DNA from: Deltaproteobacteria bacterium
GTDB taxonomy: Bacteria > Desulfobacterota > Deferrimicrobia > Deferrimicrobiales > Deferrimicrobiaceae
Direction of reading: 5' to 3'
DNA: 49,981 nt
Assembly (NCBI GenBank): GCA_021824125.1
Contig: JAKALO010000003.1
Coordinates: 1 to 49,981 of the forward strand
Part shown: piece after piece, positions 9,664 through 20,287 of the stretch
Position numbering within the stretch: the first letter of the stretch is position 1
Layout: each line of letters opens with the position of its first letter
Made by a program: the position numbers and the translations under genes
Notes under the pieces: generated by a model
Told to the model about the DNA's origin: nothing
What the model saw: the letters and a program-made list of their open reading frames with translations, nothing else
Database searches by the model: none

Positions 9664-10125
9664 TCACACCCGGTCGTCTTCCTCCTGGAGGACTCTCCGG
9701 AACTCGCCGGCGTTCCCGGCGGCAAGGAGCGACTGACGGAACCTCTGGTCCTTGAGCAGCCTGGATATTCGGGCCAGCGCCTTCAGGTGCATCCCGGCCG
9801 ACTGCTCCGGAGCCACGACGAGGAAGAACAGGTGGGTCGGCTTGCCGTCGAGGGACTGGAACTGCACGCCCGAACGGCTGCGGCCGACGACCGCGACGAG
9901 CCGGTCGAGGCCGGGGACTTTCCCGTGCGGAATAGCCACGCCGTCCCCGATCCCGGTGCTGCCCAGGCTTTCCCTGCCCATCAGGATCGCCGTCAGGCCT
10001 TGTGCCGAAAGCGACGGAACCCCGGCGGCCACCGCTTCCGACATTTCGCGCAGAACCCCTTCCTTCGTATCCGCCCGGAGGTCTTCCAGCACTCCCCCCG
10101 GCGTGACGATGTCCAGGATCTTCAT
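9664..10125 (-). CDS. ptsN: PTS IIA-Ntr (nitrogen regulatory) protein
   Basis: RESLGSTGIGDGVAIPHG motif; canonical position after hpf. Confidence 0.92.
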   Translation of the reverse strand: MKILDIVTPGGVLEDLRADTKEGVLREMSEAVAAGVPSLSAQGLTAILMGRESLGSTGIGDGVAIPHGKVPGLDRLVAVVGRSRSGVQFQSLDGKPTHLFFLVVAPEQSAGMHLKALARISRLLKDQRFRQSLLAAGNAGEFRRVLQEEDDRV

Positions 10126-10664
10126 CGGGCGGACGGCTCCGTGAACCCGATGTTGCCGTCCTGCTGCCGGAAGACGACGCTGTGCTGGTTCGTGTCCTGG
10201 TTGACGAACATCACCACGTCCACCTTCAGGAGATCGAGGTGACGTGCGGCCTCCTCCACGCTCATCGGCTTGGTAAGAAAGTTGTCAGACCGGATTATCT
10301 GCGGGCCGCCGCTATCGTTCTCCCGGATCGTCAGGGATGAGCCCGAAACGATCAGCGCGGGGAGACCTCCCTGTCCCTTTTCTTTCCGTTTTTCCCGATA
10401 TTTCTTCAGTTGCCGCTCGACCTTGTCGCACACCAGGTCGATGGCGGAGTAGAGGTCGTCGGTGGACTCGAACGCCTTTATCGTGATCCCCTTGCCGGTC
10501 GCGAACACCTCGGCGATGTGCCGGTATTTCTCCACCGACAGGGTGACGTTCGCGTCGAACGAGTTGTCCACGACCTTCTGTATCCTTCCGAGTTTCTCCA
10601 CGACGTAATCCTTGAGGGCCTTGCTCGGATCCACATGGCGGAAAGTGACATTGATATTGCTCAC
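10122..10664 (-). CDS. hpf: Ribosome hibernation promoting factor (long HPF)
   Basis: DLYSAIDLVCDKVERQLKKYREK plus C-terminal KPMSVEEA domain; follows rpoN. Confidence 0.93.
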   Translation of the reverse strand: MSNINVTFRHVDPSKALKDYVVEKLGRIQKVVDNSFDANVTLSVEKYRHIAEVFATGKGITIKAFESTDDLYSAIDLVCDKVERQLKKYREKRKEKGQGGLPALIVSGSSLTIRENDSGGPQIIRSDNFLTKPMSVEEAARHLDLLKVDVVMFVNQDTNQHSVVFRQQDGNIGFTEPSAR

Positions 10665-10701
10665 CTTTTCGCCCTCCTTTGCTTTAGCGTAATCTTGCGG
10701 T

Positions 10702-12177
10702 CTAGAACAGCTTCTTTCTTCTCGACGACGGGAGCATCCCGAGTTTGGCGCGGTACTTGGTCACGGTCCGGCGGGCGATCCGGATCCCCTGGTCCCGCAG
10801 CATTCGCATCAACTCCTGGTCGCTCAACGGCTTATCCTCACCCTCGGAAGCGATGATGTCCCGGATCTTTTCCTTCACCGACTCGGATGCGATGTCCTCC
10901 TTGCCGCCGTCGCAGTTCAACCCCGAGTTGAAGAAGTATTTCAGCTCGAAAATACCCAGCGGAGTGTAAACATACTTGCCGCTCGTCACCCTGGATACGG
11001 TGGACTCGTGCATCGAGATGTCCTCGGCGACGTCCCGGAGAGTCAACGGCTTCAGGTGCTCCGGCCCCCGGTCCAGGAAGTCGCGCTGGAGCTTCATGAT
11101 GCTCTCCACCACCTTGTAGATGGTCCTTTGCCGCTGCTGGATGCTCTTGATGAACCACAACGCCGCGTTGATCTTCTGCTTCAGGAACTCCCTGTCTTCC
11201 TTCGGCAGCGAATCCTCGGAGGAGAGGAGCCTGCGGTAATAGGAACTGAGCCGCAGGCGAGGCTGTCCGTCCTCGTTCAGGGTGATCACCCACTCGTTGT
11301 CCACCTTGAAGATATAGACGTCGGGGGTGATGTAGTTCACGTCCTCCCCCGAGAAGCCACGCGCCGGCTTGGGGGAGAGGGAAACGATCTTCTGGTAGGC
11401 ATCCTTCACGGCTTCGCGGGAGACCTTGAGCCGGCGGGAGACACCCGCCAGGTCGCCGCGCGAGAAGAGGTCGAAGTGGTCGGCGAGGATCTTCATGGGG
11501 AGGGCGAAATCGTCCCCCTTCTCCCGCGCCTGGATCATCAGGCATTCCCGCAGGTCGCGGGCCCCGACGCCGGAAGGGTCCAGCGACTGGAGCTTCGCGA
11601 TCGCCCGCTCCACCGTCTCCTGCGGTTTCGAGAGGGCTTCGGCGACCTCCCCTGCGGTGGTCCTCAGGTAGCCGTTGTCGTCGAGGTTGCCGATCAGGTA
11701 GGCGGCTATCTCCCGCAGCGACTCGTCCGGCTCGTAGAGGTTGATCTGCGTCTCGAGATGTTCGGCGAGGGTGGGCTTCCGGGTCAGGAGGTTCTCGTAG
11801 TACGGCCTGCCGTCCTCCTCTTCCTGGTCCCGCTCGACGTGCCCTTCCGACTTTGCGCCGTCCCCGAAATAGTAGTCCCAGTCGACCCGGTCGATCAGGC
11901 TGTTTTCATCCCGGGTCCGTGGTTCCTCCGTAACCGGCGCAGCGCTCTCCCGAGAGGCCCCCTCTTCCCCGGGCTTTGCCTCCTGCGCGGGGGACGCCTC
12001 TTCATCCGCCCCCCCCTCCTGCTCCTCTTCGAGGATGGGATTCTTCTCCAGCTCCTCGCGGACCGCCTGCTGGAGCTCCAGGCGCGAAAGTTGCAGGAGT
12101 TTTATCGCCTGCTGGAGCTGTGGCGTCATGACCAGCTGTTGGGAAAGCTTCAGGGATTGTCGTAATTCCAGCGCCAT
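10702..12177 (-). CDS. rpoN: RNA polymerase sigma-54 factor
   Basis: Gln-rich region I (LVMTPQLQQAIKLLQL), HESTVSRVT, RpoN box ARRTVTKYR. Confidence 0.98.
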   Translation of the reverse strand: MALELRQSLKLSQQLVMTPQLQQAIKLLQLSRLELQQAVREELEKNPILEEEQEGGADEEASPAQEAKPGEEGASRESAAPVTEEPRTRDENSLIDRVDWDYYFGDGAKSEGHVERDQEEEDGRPYYENLLTRKPTLAEHLETQINLYEPDESLREIAAYLIGNLDDNGYLRTTAGEVAEALSKPQETVERAIAKLQSLDPSGVGARDLRECLMIQAREKGDDFALPMKILADHFDLFSRGDLAGVSRRLKVSREAVKDAYQKIVSLSPKPARGFSGEDVNYITPDVYIFKVDNEWVITLNEDGQPRLRLSSYYRRLLSSEDSLPKEDREFLKQKINAALWFIKSIQQRQRTIYKVVESIMKLQRDFLDRGPEHLKPLTLRDVAEDISMHESTVSRVTSGKYVYTPLGIFELKYFFNSGLNCDGGKEDIASESVKEKIRDIIASEGEDKPLSDQELMRMLRDQGIRIARRTVTKYRAKLGMLPSSRRKKLF

Positions 12178-12192
12178 TCCAGCCCCGAACCG

Positions 12193-12915
12193 TCAGAGTG
12201 TAAACCCGTCCCCCAGGTAGATTTCCCGCACCCGCGCCGATGCGGCGATCTCCCCGGGGTTCCCCGCGAGGAGGATCTCCCCATCCGAGATGATGTATGC
12301 CCGGTCGCACACCCTCAAGGTGTCGCGCACGTTATGATCAGTTATTATAACCCCGATCCCCTTCTCTTTTAACCTCAGGATAATCTGCTGCAGGTCGGAC
12401 ACGGAGATCGGGTCGATCCCTGCGAAGGGCTCGTCAAGGAGCAGGAAGGACGGCGACATCACGAGCGCCCGGGCGATCTCCACCCGCCGGCGCTCCCCCC
12501 CGGAAAGGGAAAATCCCATCGTTTCGCCGACGTGGGAAATGCGCATCTCCCCGAGCAGGCGGGAAAGCCGCTCCTCGCGCTCGCCCGCCGTGAGTTCCGT
12601 TTCCTCGAGAAACGCGAGTATGTTGTCCCGTACCGTCAGTTTTCGGAACACCGACGGCTCCTGCGGAAGATACCCGAGCCCCATCCGGGCCCGGCGATGC
12701 ATCGGCAGGCGGGTGACGTCCTGCCCGTTCAGATCCACCGTCCCGCGGTCCGGCGAAACAAGGCCGACGATCATGTAGAAGATCGTGGTCTTCCCCGCCC
12801 CGTTGGGGCCCAGGAGGCCTACGACCTCACCCGACCCGATATCTAGCGCGACATCTTTCACCACCTCACGGTGGCGGTACCGTTTCGACAGGCCACGGAC
12901 GGTGAGCGATTTCAC
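12193..12915 (-). CDS. lptB: LPS export ABC transporter ATP-binding protein
   Basis: GPNGAGKTT, YLPQEPSVFRKL, LSGGERRRVEIARAL, DEPFAGIDP, ITDHNVRDTL. Confidence 0.96.
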   Translation of the reverse strand: MKSLTVRGLSKRYRHREVVKDVALDIGSGEVVGLLGPNGAGKTTIFYMIVGLVSPDRGTVDLNGQDVTRLPMHRRARMGLGYLPQEPSVFRKLTVRDNILAFLEETELTAGEREERLSRLLGEMRISHVGETMGFSLSGGERRRVEIARALVMSPSFLLLDEPFAGIDPISVSDLQQIILRLKEKGIGVIITDHNVRDTLRVCDRAYIISDGEILLAGNPGEIAASARVREIYLGDGFTL

Positions 12916-13436
12916 GGGCCTGCCTTCTCCTTCGGGTCCATCAACCCTTTCGGCTGGATGACCGCCCTGACGCGGCCCCCTTCCCCGCCGGTCACCACGG
13001 ACCGGTTTTCCCTCAGGAAAATGGTCACCGTCTCGCCCTTCAGGGTGTTCCCCCCCTGTGCGAGTTCCGCGCCCCCCGAAAGGACGATCCGCTGCTCCAT
13101 GTTGAAGAACACGGCCCGCGCGGCGCGAGCCTCCCGCCCTTCCTGGTTGACGCGCACGCTCCCCTCCGCCACGATCTTCTCGATTGCGCCCGATCCACGG
13201 GAATATTCCGAGAACAGGCGGTCCGACGACAGGGTCACGTCGCCCTGCTTCGCCACGACGTTCCCCTCGAAGGTCACCGAGTTCCCGACGCTGTCGGCGG
13301 ACAGGCGGTCGGCGGTGATCTCGATCGGGAGTGTCCCGAGTTCCTCGGACCCGGGAATCCTGCGTTCCTGGCCGAAGACCGTGGAAGCGGCGAGTACGAG
13401 GAACAGGAAAACCCGGAGCGCGATCCGTTTTCGCAT
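12912..13436 (-). CDS. lptA: LPS transport periplasmic protein LptA
   Basis: Signal peptide; PIEITADRL, FEGNVVAKQGD and GGRVRAVI beta-jellyroll pattern; upstream of lptB. Confidence 0.88.
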   Translation of the reverse strand: MRKRIALRVFLFLVLAASTVFGQERRIPGSEELGTLPIEITADRLSADSVGNSVTFEGNVVAKQGDVTLSSDRLFSEYSRGSGAIEKIVAEGSVRVNQEGREARAARAVFFNMEQRIVLSGGAELAQGGNTLKGETVTIFLRENRSVVTGGEGGRVRAVIQPKGLMDPKEKAGP

Positions 13437-13440
13437 CGCC

Positions 13441-14016
13441 TCACCTCATCCCGCGTAAAGCCCGGGGGGACTCCACCCGGGTCCTTGTGTTCGATAGCGC
13501 CAGCTTGCCCTCCCGCCATCCCCAGACCATGTTGTCACCCGCCACCTGGAGGCCGGGTCCCGAAAGCCTGACGTTCCCGGCGGCCGACATCTCGCGGTTC
13601 GGCAGGGACAGGCTTGCCGCGGCGACTATGGCGGACCACCCGGCGGCGTTCCCGGCGGCACCCCCCTCGTCAAGGAGGATCGTGCCGGCCTCCATGTCCC
13701 ACGAGGCCTTCGGGGCCCTTACAACGATGCCGTTGGAAATCCCCGGAAGGAAAAGTGTGACGCCTGCCGCGGACAGCCTCCGCGCATTGAGAAGGTATGA
13801 AACCCGATCGGAGGTCAGCCGGGACTGCGGCTCCCCTTCCCGGATCTCCCGCACCTCGACTTCCCGGAGTATGAGCTCGGGGCCGTCCGGGCGTTCCACT
13901 GCCTTCCACACTGCGTCGTGCGGTCCCTGTTCCATCGTCGAAACCGCGGCCAGGAGCCCGATGCCCCCCAGGATCGCGAGCAACGCACCAAGGGAGAGGA
14001 TCCTCCTGCGGCTCAT
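13441..14016 (-). CDS. lptC: Probable LPS export periplasmic protein LptC (divergent)
   Basis: Single N-terminal TM then beta-rich domain; canonical position between kdsC and lptA. Confidence 0.7.
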   Translation of the reverse strand: MSRRRILSLGALLAILGGIGLLAAVSTMEQGPHDAVWKAVERPDGPELILREVEVREIREGEPQSRLTSDRVSYLLNARRLSAAGVTLFLPGISNGIVVRAPKASWDMEAGTILLDEGGAAGNAAGWSAIVAAASLSLPNREMSAAGNVRLSGPGLQVAGDNMVWGWREGKLALSNTRTRVESPRALRGMR

Positions 14017-14568
14017 TTACGCACCGCCGGCGAAATACCTGGAGGCGACCTTTTCCCAGGCCCCGCTGGAGCGCATGACGAACTCTATGATTTCCCGGAC
14101 CGCCCCGTGCCCCCCGGTGCGCAAGGAGACGAAATCGGCCGCCTCGAGCACATAACCCTCGGCATCCGCCACGGCCGCGGCGAACCCCACCTTGCGCATG
14201 AGGGGCACGTCGACTATGTCGTCGCCCACGTAGGACGTCTCCGCGGGTGAAAACCCCGTCTCCTCGAGAATCCGGCGCCAGGCCTCAACCTTGTCGACCG
14301 CGCCCTGGCGGACAAGGGAGATTCCCAGCTCCTTCGCGCGAACCTCGACCACCTCCGATTTCCGTCCCGTGATGATGCCCACCTCGACGCCGGCGCGTTG
14401 AAGCATCTTGATGCCGTGCCCGTCGCGGACGTGAAACCGCTTGATCTCCCGCCCTTCGGAGTCGTAGGCGATCCCCCCGTCGGTCAGGACGCCGTCCACG
14501 TCGGTCAGGAACAGGCGGACTCTCGCGGCCTTTTCGGCGGCCCCGGGCCGGAGCGTCGGGCCTTTCAT
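14017..14568 (-). CDS. kdsC: KDO 8-phosphate phosphatase (HAD family)
   Basis: DVDGVLTDG, RDGHGIK, IITGR, YVGDDIVD, GGHGAVRE. ATG at 14568. Confidence 0.95.
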   Translation of the reverse strand: MKGPTLRPGAAEKAARVRLFLTDVDGVLTDGGIAYDSEGREIKRFHVRDGHGIKMLQRAGVEVGIITGRKSEVVEVRAKELGISLVRQGAVDKVEAWRRILEETGFSPAETSYVGDDIVDVPLMRKVGFAAAVADAEGYVLEAADFVSLRTGGHGAVREIIEFVMRSSGAWEKVASRYFAGGA

Positions 14569-15536
14569 CCCCCGCCCGCCTTCAGGATGTCGTGGATGTG
14601 CACGATTCCGGCCAGCCGGTCCGGATCCTTCGCATCGAAGACGAAAAGGCTCGTGATCGAATGTTTCTGCATCTTGCGCAGGGCGGAAGCCGCAAGCTCC
14701 GATGAGGACAGCCGCTTGGGATTGGAGGACATCAGCTCTTCGGCTCGCGTTGAGAACAGGTCGATGCCCCTCGCCATCGCCCGCCGTACGTCCCCGTCCG
14801 TGATCACCCCGACCAGCGCGCCGGACCCGTTCACGACGCCGGTGACCCCCAACCGCCTGGCGCTGATCGTGAAGAGGGTGTCCTTGAGCGGCGTGTCGCA
14901 TGAAACCAGGGGAATGTCGTCCCCCGTGTGCATCAACTCCTCGACCGTCAAAAGCTTCCTGCCCAGCACCCCGCCCGGGTGGAGCATCGCGAAGTCCTGC
15001 GCTGAGAATCCCTTCTCCTCGAAGAGGACGACCGCGAGGGCGTCCCCCATCGCCAGCGCCGCCGTGGTGGACGCGGTGGGGGCCAGCCCCATCGGGCACG
15101 CCTCTTCCCGGACCCCGACGTCGATCGCGGCGTCGGCATGCCGCGCCAGAGTGGAATCCCGACTGCCCGTAAGTGCGATGAGGGAGAGCCCCAGGCGCTT
15201 GAAGACCGGCAACAACCGCAACACCTCATGGGTCTCCCCCGAGTTGGACAGCGCGATGACGATGTCGCCCTCCAGGACCATCCCTATGTCGCCGTGAAGC
15301 CCCTCCGCCGGGTGCAGGAAAAACGCCGGCGTCCCCGTGGATGCCAGGGTCGCGGCGATCTTGCGGCCGATGAGGCCCGACTTTCCCATTCCGGTCACGA
15401 TCACCTTCCCGGATGCGGAGAGCAGAAGCTCGATGGCCCGGGTGAAGTTTGCGTCGAGCTTGTCCCGCAGCCCCAGGATCCCGTCCGCCTCCACGGAAAG
15501 AACCTTTCCCGCCCGCTCCGCCAGGTCGCGGCTCAT
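14565..15536 (-). CDS. kdsD: Arabinose-5-phosphate isomerase (KpsF/GutQ family, SIS + CBS domains)
   Basis: GMGKSGLIG, ASTGTPAFFLHPAEGLHGD, APTASTT, HPGG, paired CBS domains. Confidence 0.95.
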   Translation of the reverse strand: MSRDLAERAGKVLSVEADGILGLRDKLDANFTRAIELLLSASGKVIVTGMGKSGLIGRKIAATLASTGTPAFFLHPAEGLHGDIGMVLEGDIVIALSNSGETHEVLRLLPVFKRLGLSLIALTGSRDSTLARHADAAIDVGVREEACPMGLAPTASTTAALAMGDALAVVLFEEKGFSAQDFAMLHPGGVLGRKLLTVEELMHTGDDIPLVSCDTPLKDTLFTISARRLGVTGVVNGSGALVGVITDGDVRRAMARGIDLFSTRAEELMSSNPKRLSSSELAASALRKMQKHSITSLFVFDAKDPDRLAGIVHIHDILKAGGG

Positions 15537-16384
15537 GCGACGCTTCCTCCCGCGGGGCTCCCGGCATCCACCGCACGCCGGATCGCCATAAGGGTTTGCA
15601 GCAGGGGTTCCAGGCCGGCGAGCGGCAGGCTGTTTGGGCCGTCGGAAAGCGCGCGGTCCGGGTCAGGGTGGACCTCCAGGAACACCCCGTCCACCCCGGC
15701 CGCCACGGCCGCCCTGGACAGGGGCGCGACGAACCGCCGGTCCCCCGAGGAGGCCTTTCCGGCGCCGCCGGGCAACTGGACGCTGTGCGTGGCGTCGAAG
15801 ATAACGGGGCATATCGTCTCGCGGATCGCGGGGATCCCCCGGAAGTCGACGACCAGGTTGTTGTAGCCGAACGTGGTGCCACGCTCGGTGACGACGACGT
15901 TGCGGTTCCCGGTCGAGGTCACCTTCTCCACGGCGTTCTCCATGTCCCAGGGGGCCATGAACTGCCCTTTCTTTATGTTGACCGGAAGCCCCGTCTTCCC
16001 GGCGGCCGTCAGCAGGTCGGTCTGCCGGCAGAGGAACGCCGGGATCTGGAGCATGTCGACCACCGCGGCCGCGGCCGAGGCCTGGCGCGGATCGTGGACG
16101 TCAGTGGTCACGGGTATCCGGAACCTCCGCCCGACTTCCCCGAGGATGCGCAACCCTTCTGCCTCTCCGGGTCCGCGGTAGGAACTCTTCGAGGAGCGGT
16201 TCGCCTTGTCGAAGGACCCCTTGAAGATGAAGGAAACCCCCATACGGGACGACAGGCCTGACAGGAAATCGGCCACGGCAAACGCCAGCGCCTCGGATTC
16301 CAGGACGCATGGCCCGGCGATGAATACGGGGGGGTTTCCCCGCCCGATTTTCAGACGCCCCGCGATTTCGACCTGTCGGATCAC
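15533..16384 (-). CDS. kdsA: KDO 8-phosphate synthase
   Basis: [56 protein letters not shown] start 16384 overlaps the pyrG stop. Confidence 0.96.
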   Translation of the reverse strand: MIRQVEIAGRLKIGRGNPPVFIAGPCVLESEALAFAVADFLSGLSSRMGVSFIFKGSFDKANRSSKSSYRGPGEAEGLRILGEVGRRFRIPVTTDVHDPRQASAAAAVVDMLQIPAFLCRQTDLLTAAGKTGLPVNIKKGQFMAPWDMENAVEKVTSTGNRNVVVTERGTTFGYNNLVVDFRGIPAIRETICPVIFDATHSVQLPGGAGKASSGDRRFVAPLSRAAVAAGVDGVFLEVHPDPDRALSDGPNSLPLAGLEPLLQTLMAIRRAVDAGSPAGGSVA

Positions 16385-18012
16385 GTCGGAACCTGCCCCC
16401 GGGAGAACGCCTGCGCCGCACCGACGAAATCGCGGAACAGGGGGTGGGGAGCCATCGGCCGCGACTGGAACTCCGGGTGGAACTGGCAGCCCAGGAACCA
16501 TGGGTGGTCCTGGATCTCGACGATCTCGACCAGGCGTCCGTCCGGTGAGATTCCCGTGATCCTGAGCCCCCCGGCGGCCAGCGCTTCACGGAACTCGTTG
16601 TTGAACTCGTAGCGGTGCCGGTGGCGCTCCGAGACCTCCGGGACGCCGTATGCCTTCCGGGCAAGCGATTTCTCGGAAAGACGGCAGGGGTAGGCCCCGA
16701 GCCGCATCGTCGCCCCCTTCTCCACCACGCTCCGCTGGTCCGGCATGAGGTCGATGACCGCGCATCCGCTCTCGGCGTCGAGCTCCCTGCTGGTGGCCTC
16801 CGCGAGCCCGCAAACGTTCCTCGCCAACTCGACCACGGCGACCTGCATCCCGAGGCATATGCCAAGAAAGGGCACGTTGTTCTCCCGCGCGTACTTCACG
16901 GCGGCGATCTTGCCCTCCACCCCGCGCGACCCGAACCCCCCGGGGACGAGGATCCCGTCCGCGCCCTTCAGGAGCGCTTCGGCGCCCTGGCGTTCGACCT
17001 CCTCGGAGTCCACGTACCGGTGGAGGACCCGGACCGAGTGGGAGATCCCGCCGTGCGTAAGCGCCTCGTTCAGGCTCTTGTAGGACTCCCTCAGGTTCAC
17101 GTATTTACCCACGATGGCGATCGTGACCTCGCCCACCGGGTTCTTCCACTTTTCCACGACCTTCGCCCAGGCGTCGAGCCGGGGCTCCCCCGCCCAGATG
17201 TTCAGCAGCTCCATGATCTTGCCGTCCAGCCCCTCCTGGTGGAAGACCAGCGGCAGCTCGTAGATCTGCTCCACGTCACGCGCCGTGATGACGGCGTCCT
17301 CGGTCACGTTGCAGAACAGCGCGATCTTCGCCTTGATGTCCTTGGGCAGCGGCCGGTCGCAGCGGCACAGCAGGATGTCCGGCTGGATGCCGATGGAACG
17401 CAGTTCCTTCACGCTGTGCTGGGTGGGCTTGGTCTTGAGCTCCCCCGCCGTCCCGATATACGGGACGAGCGTAACGTGGACGTAGAGGACGTTCTCCTTC
17501 CCGCGGTCGGTCCGCACCTGCCGGATCGCCTCGAGGAACGGGAGGCTCTCGATGTCGCCCACGGTGCCGCCCACCTCCACGATCGCCAGGTCGTACCCCT
17601 GGGCAGCCACCTTGATGACCCGTTTGATCTCGTCGGTGATGTGGGGGATCACCTGGATCGTGCCGCCGAGGTAGTCGCCCCGCCGCTCCTTCGTGATCAC
17701 CGAGTGGTAGATCTTGCCGGTCGTGCAGTTGTTCTTCTTGCCCATCCGGGAGGAGACGTACCGTTCGTAGTGGCCAAGGTCGAGGTCGGTCTCGGCGCCG
17801 TCGTCGGTCACGAAAACTTCGCCGTGCTGGAACGGGTTCATCGTGCCGGGATCGACGTTGATGTAGGGGTCGAGCTTGAGCATCGTGATCTTCAGGCCGC
17901 GTGCCTCGAGGAGCGCGCCGATCGTTGCGGCAGCCAGCCCCTTCCCCAGCGAGGAAACCACTCCCCCCGTCACGAAGATGAACTTCGGCTTTACCGTTCG
18001 TTCCGCCCGCAT
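16381..18012 (-). CDS. pyrG: CTP synthase
   Basis: [48 protein letters not shown]. Confidence 0.98.
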   Translation of the reverse strand: MRAERTVKPKFIFVTGGVVSSLGKGLAAATIGALLEARGLKITMLKLDPYINVDPGTMNPFQHGEVFVTDDGAETDLDLGHYERYVSSRMGKKNNCTTGKIYHSVITKERRGDYLGGTIQVIPHITDEIKRVIKVAAQGYDLAIVEVGGTVGDIESLPFLEAIRQVRTDRGKENVLYVHVTLVPYIGTAGELKTKPTQHSVKELRSIGIQPDILLCRCDRPLPKDIKAKIALFCNVTEDAVITARDVEQIYELPLVFHQEGLDGKIMELLNIWAGEPRLDAWAKVVEKWKNPVGEVTIAIVGKYVNLRESYKSLNEALTHGGISHSVRVLHRYVDSEEVERQGAEALLKGADGILVPGGFGSRGVEGKIAAVKYARENNVPFLGICLGMQVAVVELARNVCGLAEATSRELDAESGCAVIDLMPDQRSVVEKGATMRLGAYPCRLSEKSLARKAYGVPEVSERHRHRYEFNNEFREALAAGGLRITGISPDGRLVEIVEIQDHPWFLGCQFHPEFQSRPMAPHPLFRDFVGAAQAFSRGQVPT

Positions 18013-18740
18013 AGTCTCTCCCTGACGGCGCTCAAATCCTCGGGGGTGTCCACCCCTACCGAGTCGAACTCCACGTCGACGACGCGGATCCTGTAGCCGT
18101 TATGCAGAACCCGGAGCTGCTCCAGCCGCTCCGCCTCTTCCAGCGCCGCCGTGGGGAGCGCGGCGACCGTGAACAGGAAACCCTTTCGGTACCCGTAGAT
18201 TCCCAGGTGCTTACGGTACTTGCCGGTTCCGGCGTCCCGGTAATGCGGGATGGGGGACCGTGAGAAATAGAGCGCATCCCCGCGAACGTCGGTGACCACT
18301 TTCACCACGGAGGGACTCAGGAACTCCCCCGGGTCCTCCCGTGGAAGGGCCGCCGTCGTCATCGAAACCGCCGGGTCGGAGAGCAGTGGCGCAGCCACCG
18401 CGTCGATCACCGAGGGGTGCATCATCGGTTCATCGCCCTGAAGGTTGACGATGACCTCTTCGTCAAGGCTCCGCGCAGTCTCGGCTACCCGGTCCGTACC
18501 CGAAGCGCAACCGGGCGACGTCATCCTCGCCTCGCCCCCGAAATCGCGTACCGCCTCCACGATGCGCAGATCGTCGGTGGCCACGACGACGCGGGAGACA
18601 AGCAAGGATTTCCTCGCATTTTCCCAAACATACCATATCATCGGACGACCGTCTATTTTGGCCAGGGGCTTCCCGGGAAGCCGGGTCGACGCGTACCGGG
18701 CGGGTATCACCACCGCCACGCCTTTCCGGGAAACGCTCAC
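17991..18740 (-). CDS. kdsB: CMP-KDO synthetase (3-deoxy-manno-octulosonate cytidylyltransferase)
   Basis: [52 protein letters not shown] start at 18740. Confidence 0.96.
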   Translation of the reverse strand: MSVSRKGVAVVIPARYASTRLPGKPLAKIDGRPMIWYVWENARKSLLVSRVVVATDDLRIVEAVRDFGGEARMTSPGCASGTDRVAETARSLDEEVIVNLQGDEPMMHPSVIDAVAAPLLSDPAVSMTTAALPREDPGEFLSPSVVKVVTDVRGDALYFSRSPIPHYRDAGTGKYRKHLGIYGYRKGFLFTVAALPTAALEEAERLEQLRVLHNGYRIRVVDVEFDSVGVDTPEDLSAVRERLCGRNER

Positions 18741-19777
18741 GGGAATAGGGGGGTATAGGGGAGTCCGTTCCCCTCCGGGAATCCCATCATCAGGTTGAAG
18801 CACTGCACGGCCGCGCCCGAGGCGCCCTTCACGAGGTTGTCGATCGCCGAAACCACGATCAGCCTGCGGGTCTTCTCGTCCGCCCGGAAGGCGATGTCGC
18901 AGAAGTTGCTTCCCGAGACGTCCTTGGTGGACGGCAGGACGCCGGGGGGGCACAGCCTGACGAACGGCTCGCCCGCGTAATGCTTCCGGTAAGCCGATTC
19001 CACCGCCCCCGCGGCGACCCTGGGCCGGATCGTCGCGTAACAGGTGGCGAGAATACCGCGGACCATCGGAACCAGGTGGGGGACGAAGGTGATCGAGACC
19101 TTCTCCCCCGCGGCCAGCGACAGTTCCTGGTCCATCTCGGGGTTGTGGCGGTGCTTCGGCAGCCCGTAAGGTCGGACCCCCCCCTCGACCTCGGGGTAGT
19201 GGAACCCCAGGGACGGGTTCCTCCCCCCTCCGGAGACCCCGGTCTTGCAGTCGGCGACGATTCCCTTGAGATCAATCAGCCGTTCCGCGAGCAGCGGGTA
19301 CAGCCCGAGGATGACCGACGTCGGAAAGCAGCCGGGTACCGCCGCGAGCCGGGTCTTCCTGAGCAAACCCCGGTAGACCTCGGGCAGACCGTACACTGCC
19401 TTCGCGGACAAGGACGGACTCCCGTGCCGGACTCCGTAGACGGATTCGTACAGGGCGACGCTCCGGAAACGGAAGTCCGCCGACAGGTCGATGACCGGGA
19501 CCTTTCGGGATATGAGCTTCACGGCCACGGACGCGGAAACGGTGTGGGGAAGAGCGAGGAAGGCGGCGTCGAAGCCGGCGGAAAGCGCATCGTCCGTTTT
19601 CACGAAAGCCGCCCCGGCCAGCCTCCCGCGGAACGGGGGGAAAGCCTGGTCGACCGGCAGGCCGGAATACTGCTCGGAGGTGAGAACGGAGATCTTCACG
19701 CGGGGGTGGGACAGGAGGAGCCGCACGAGCTCGAACCCGGTGTACCCCGTCGCGCCGAAAATAGCCACTTTCTTCAT
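18737..19777 (-). CDS. argC: N-acetyl-gamma-glutamyl-phosphate reductase
   Basis: GATGYTG, LALPH, DLSADFR, VYGLPE, PGCFPT, GVSGGG, HRHNPE, IDNLVKGASG. Confidence 0.96.
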   Translation of the reverse strand: MKKVAIFGATGYTGFELVRLLLSHPRVKISVLTSEQYSGLPVDQAFPPFRGRLAGAAFVKTDDALSAGFDAAFLALPHTVSASVAVKLISRKVPVIDLSADFRFRSVALYESVYGVRHGSPSLSAKAVYGLPEVYRGLLRKTRLAAVPGCFPTSVILGLYPLLAERLIDLKGIVADCKTGVSGGGRNPSLGFHYPEVEGGVRPYGLPKHRHNPEMDQELSLAAGEKVSITFVPHLVPMVRGILATCYATIRPRVAAGAVESAYRKHYAGEPFVRLCPPGVLPSTKDVSGSNFCDIAFRADEKTRRLIVVSAIDNLVKGASGAAVQCFNLMMGFPEGNGLPYTPLFP

Positions 19778-19807
19778 CGCGGTCTCCTTATATCAAACCG
19801 AGCGTGC

Positions 19808-19844
19808 AAAAAAGAAGGGGAAGGCGTTGGCGGCCTTCCCCTTC
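19808..19844 (-). terminator. Intrinsic terminator after rplM-rpsI
   Basis: Perfect 12-bp stem GAAGGGGAAGGC / GCCTTCCCCTTC with a 7-nt loop, followed by T6 on the minus strand. Confidence 0.85.
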
Positions 19845-19878
19845 GGGAACCGATCGAGGGGGCAAACGCCCTCGGTTC

Positions 19879-20271
19879 TTACCGCTTGGAGAACTGGAAC
19901 CGTTTCCTCGCTCCCGGCTGGCCGTATTTCTTCCGTTCCTTGATCCGCGCGTCCCGGGTAAGGAAGCCGGCGCGCTTGAGAACCGCGCGGAGCTCGGGGT
20001 TTTCCGCCTGCAGCGCCTTGGCTAGACCGAACTTAACCGACTCGGCCTGGGAAGCCGGGCCGCCGCCGTTGACGTTGACCTCCACGTCGACCGCCTGACG
20101 CCTGCCGGTGAGCACCAGCGGCTGTACGGCGACCGCACGCAGCGCAAGGACCGGGAAATAGTTCTCGAACTCCCGTCCGTTGACGCTTATCCGCCCGCTG
20201 CCAGCCTTCATGTAGACGCGCGCGATCGCCGTCTTCCTCTTTCCCGTGGCGTATATCTTCGTCTGGGCCAT
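19879..20271 (-). CDS. rpsI: 30S ribosomal protein S9
   Basis: ATGKRKTAIARV, GGGPASQA, LTRDARIKERKKYGQPGARKRFQFSKR. Confidence 0.98.
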   Translation of the reverse strand: MAQTKIYATGKRKTAIARVYMKAGSGRISVNGREFENYFPVLALRAVAVQPLVLTGRRQAVDVEVNVNGGGPASQAESVKFGLAKALQAENPELRAVLKRAGFLTRDARIKERKKYGQPGARKRFQFSKR

Positions 20272-20287
20272 TTCGACGGATCCTCTC

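Noticed and set aside
7837-10242. Long plus-strand ORFs (801 aa here; also 29405-31528, 44087-45664, 16615-18096, 20845-21369)
   Set aside because: Antisense shadows of well-supported minus-strand genes caused by high GC3; no recognisable motifs
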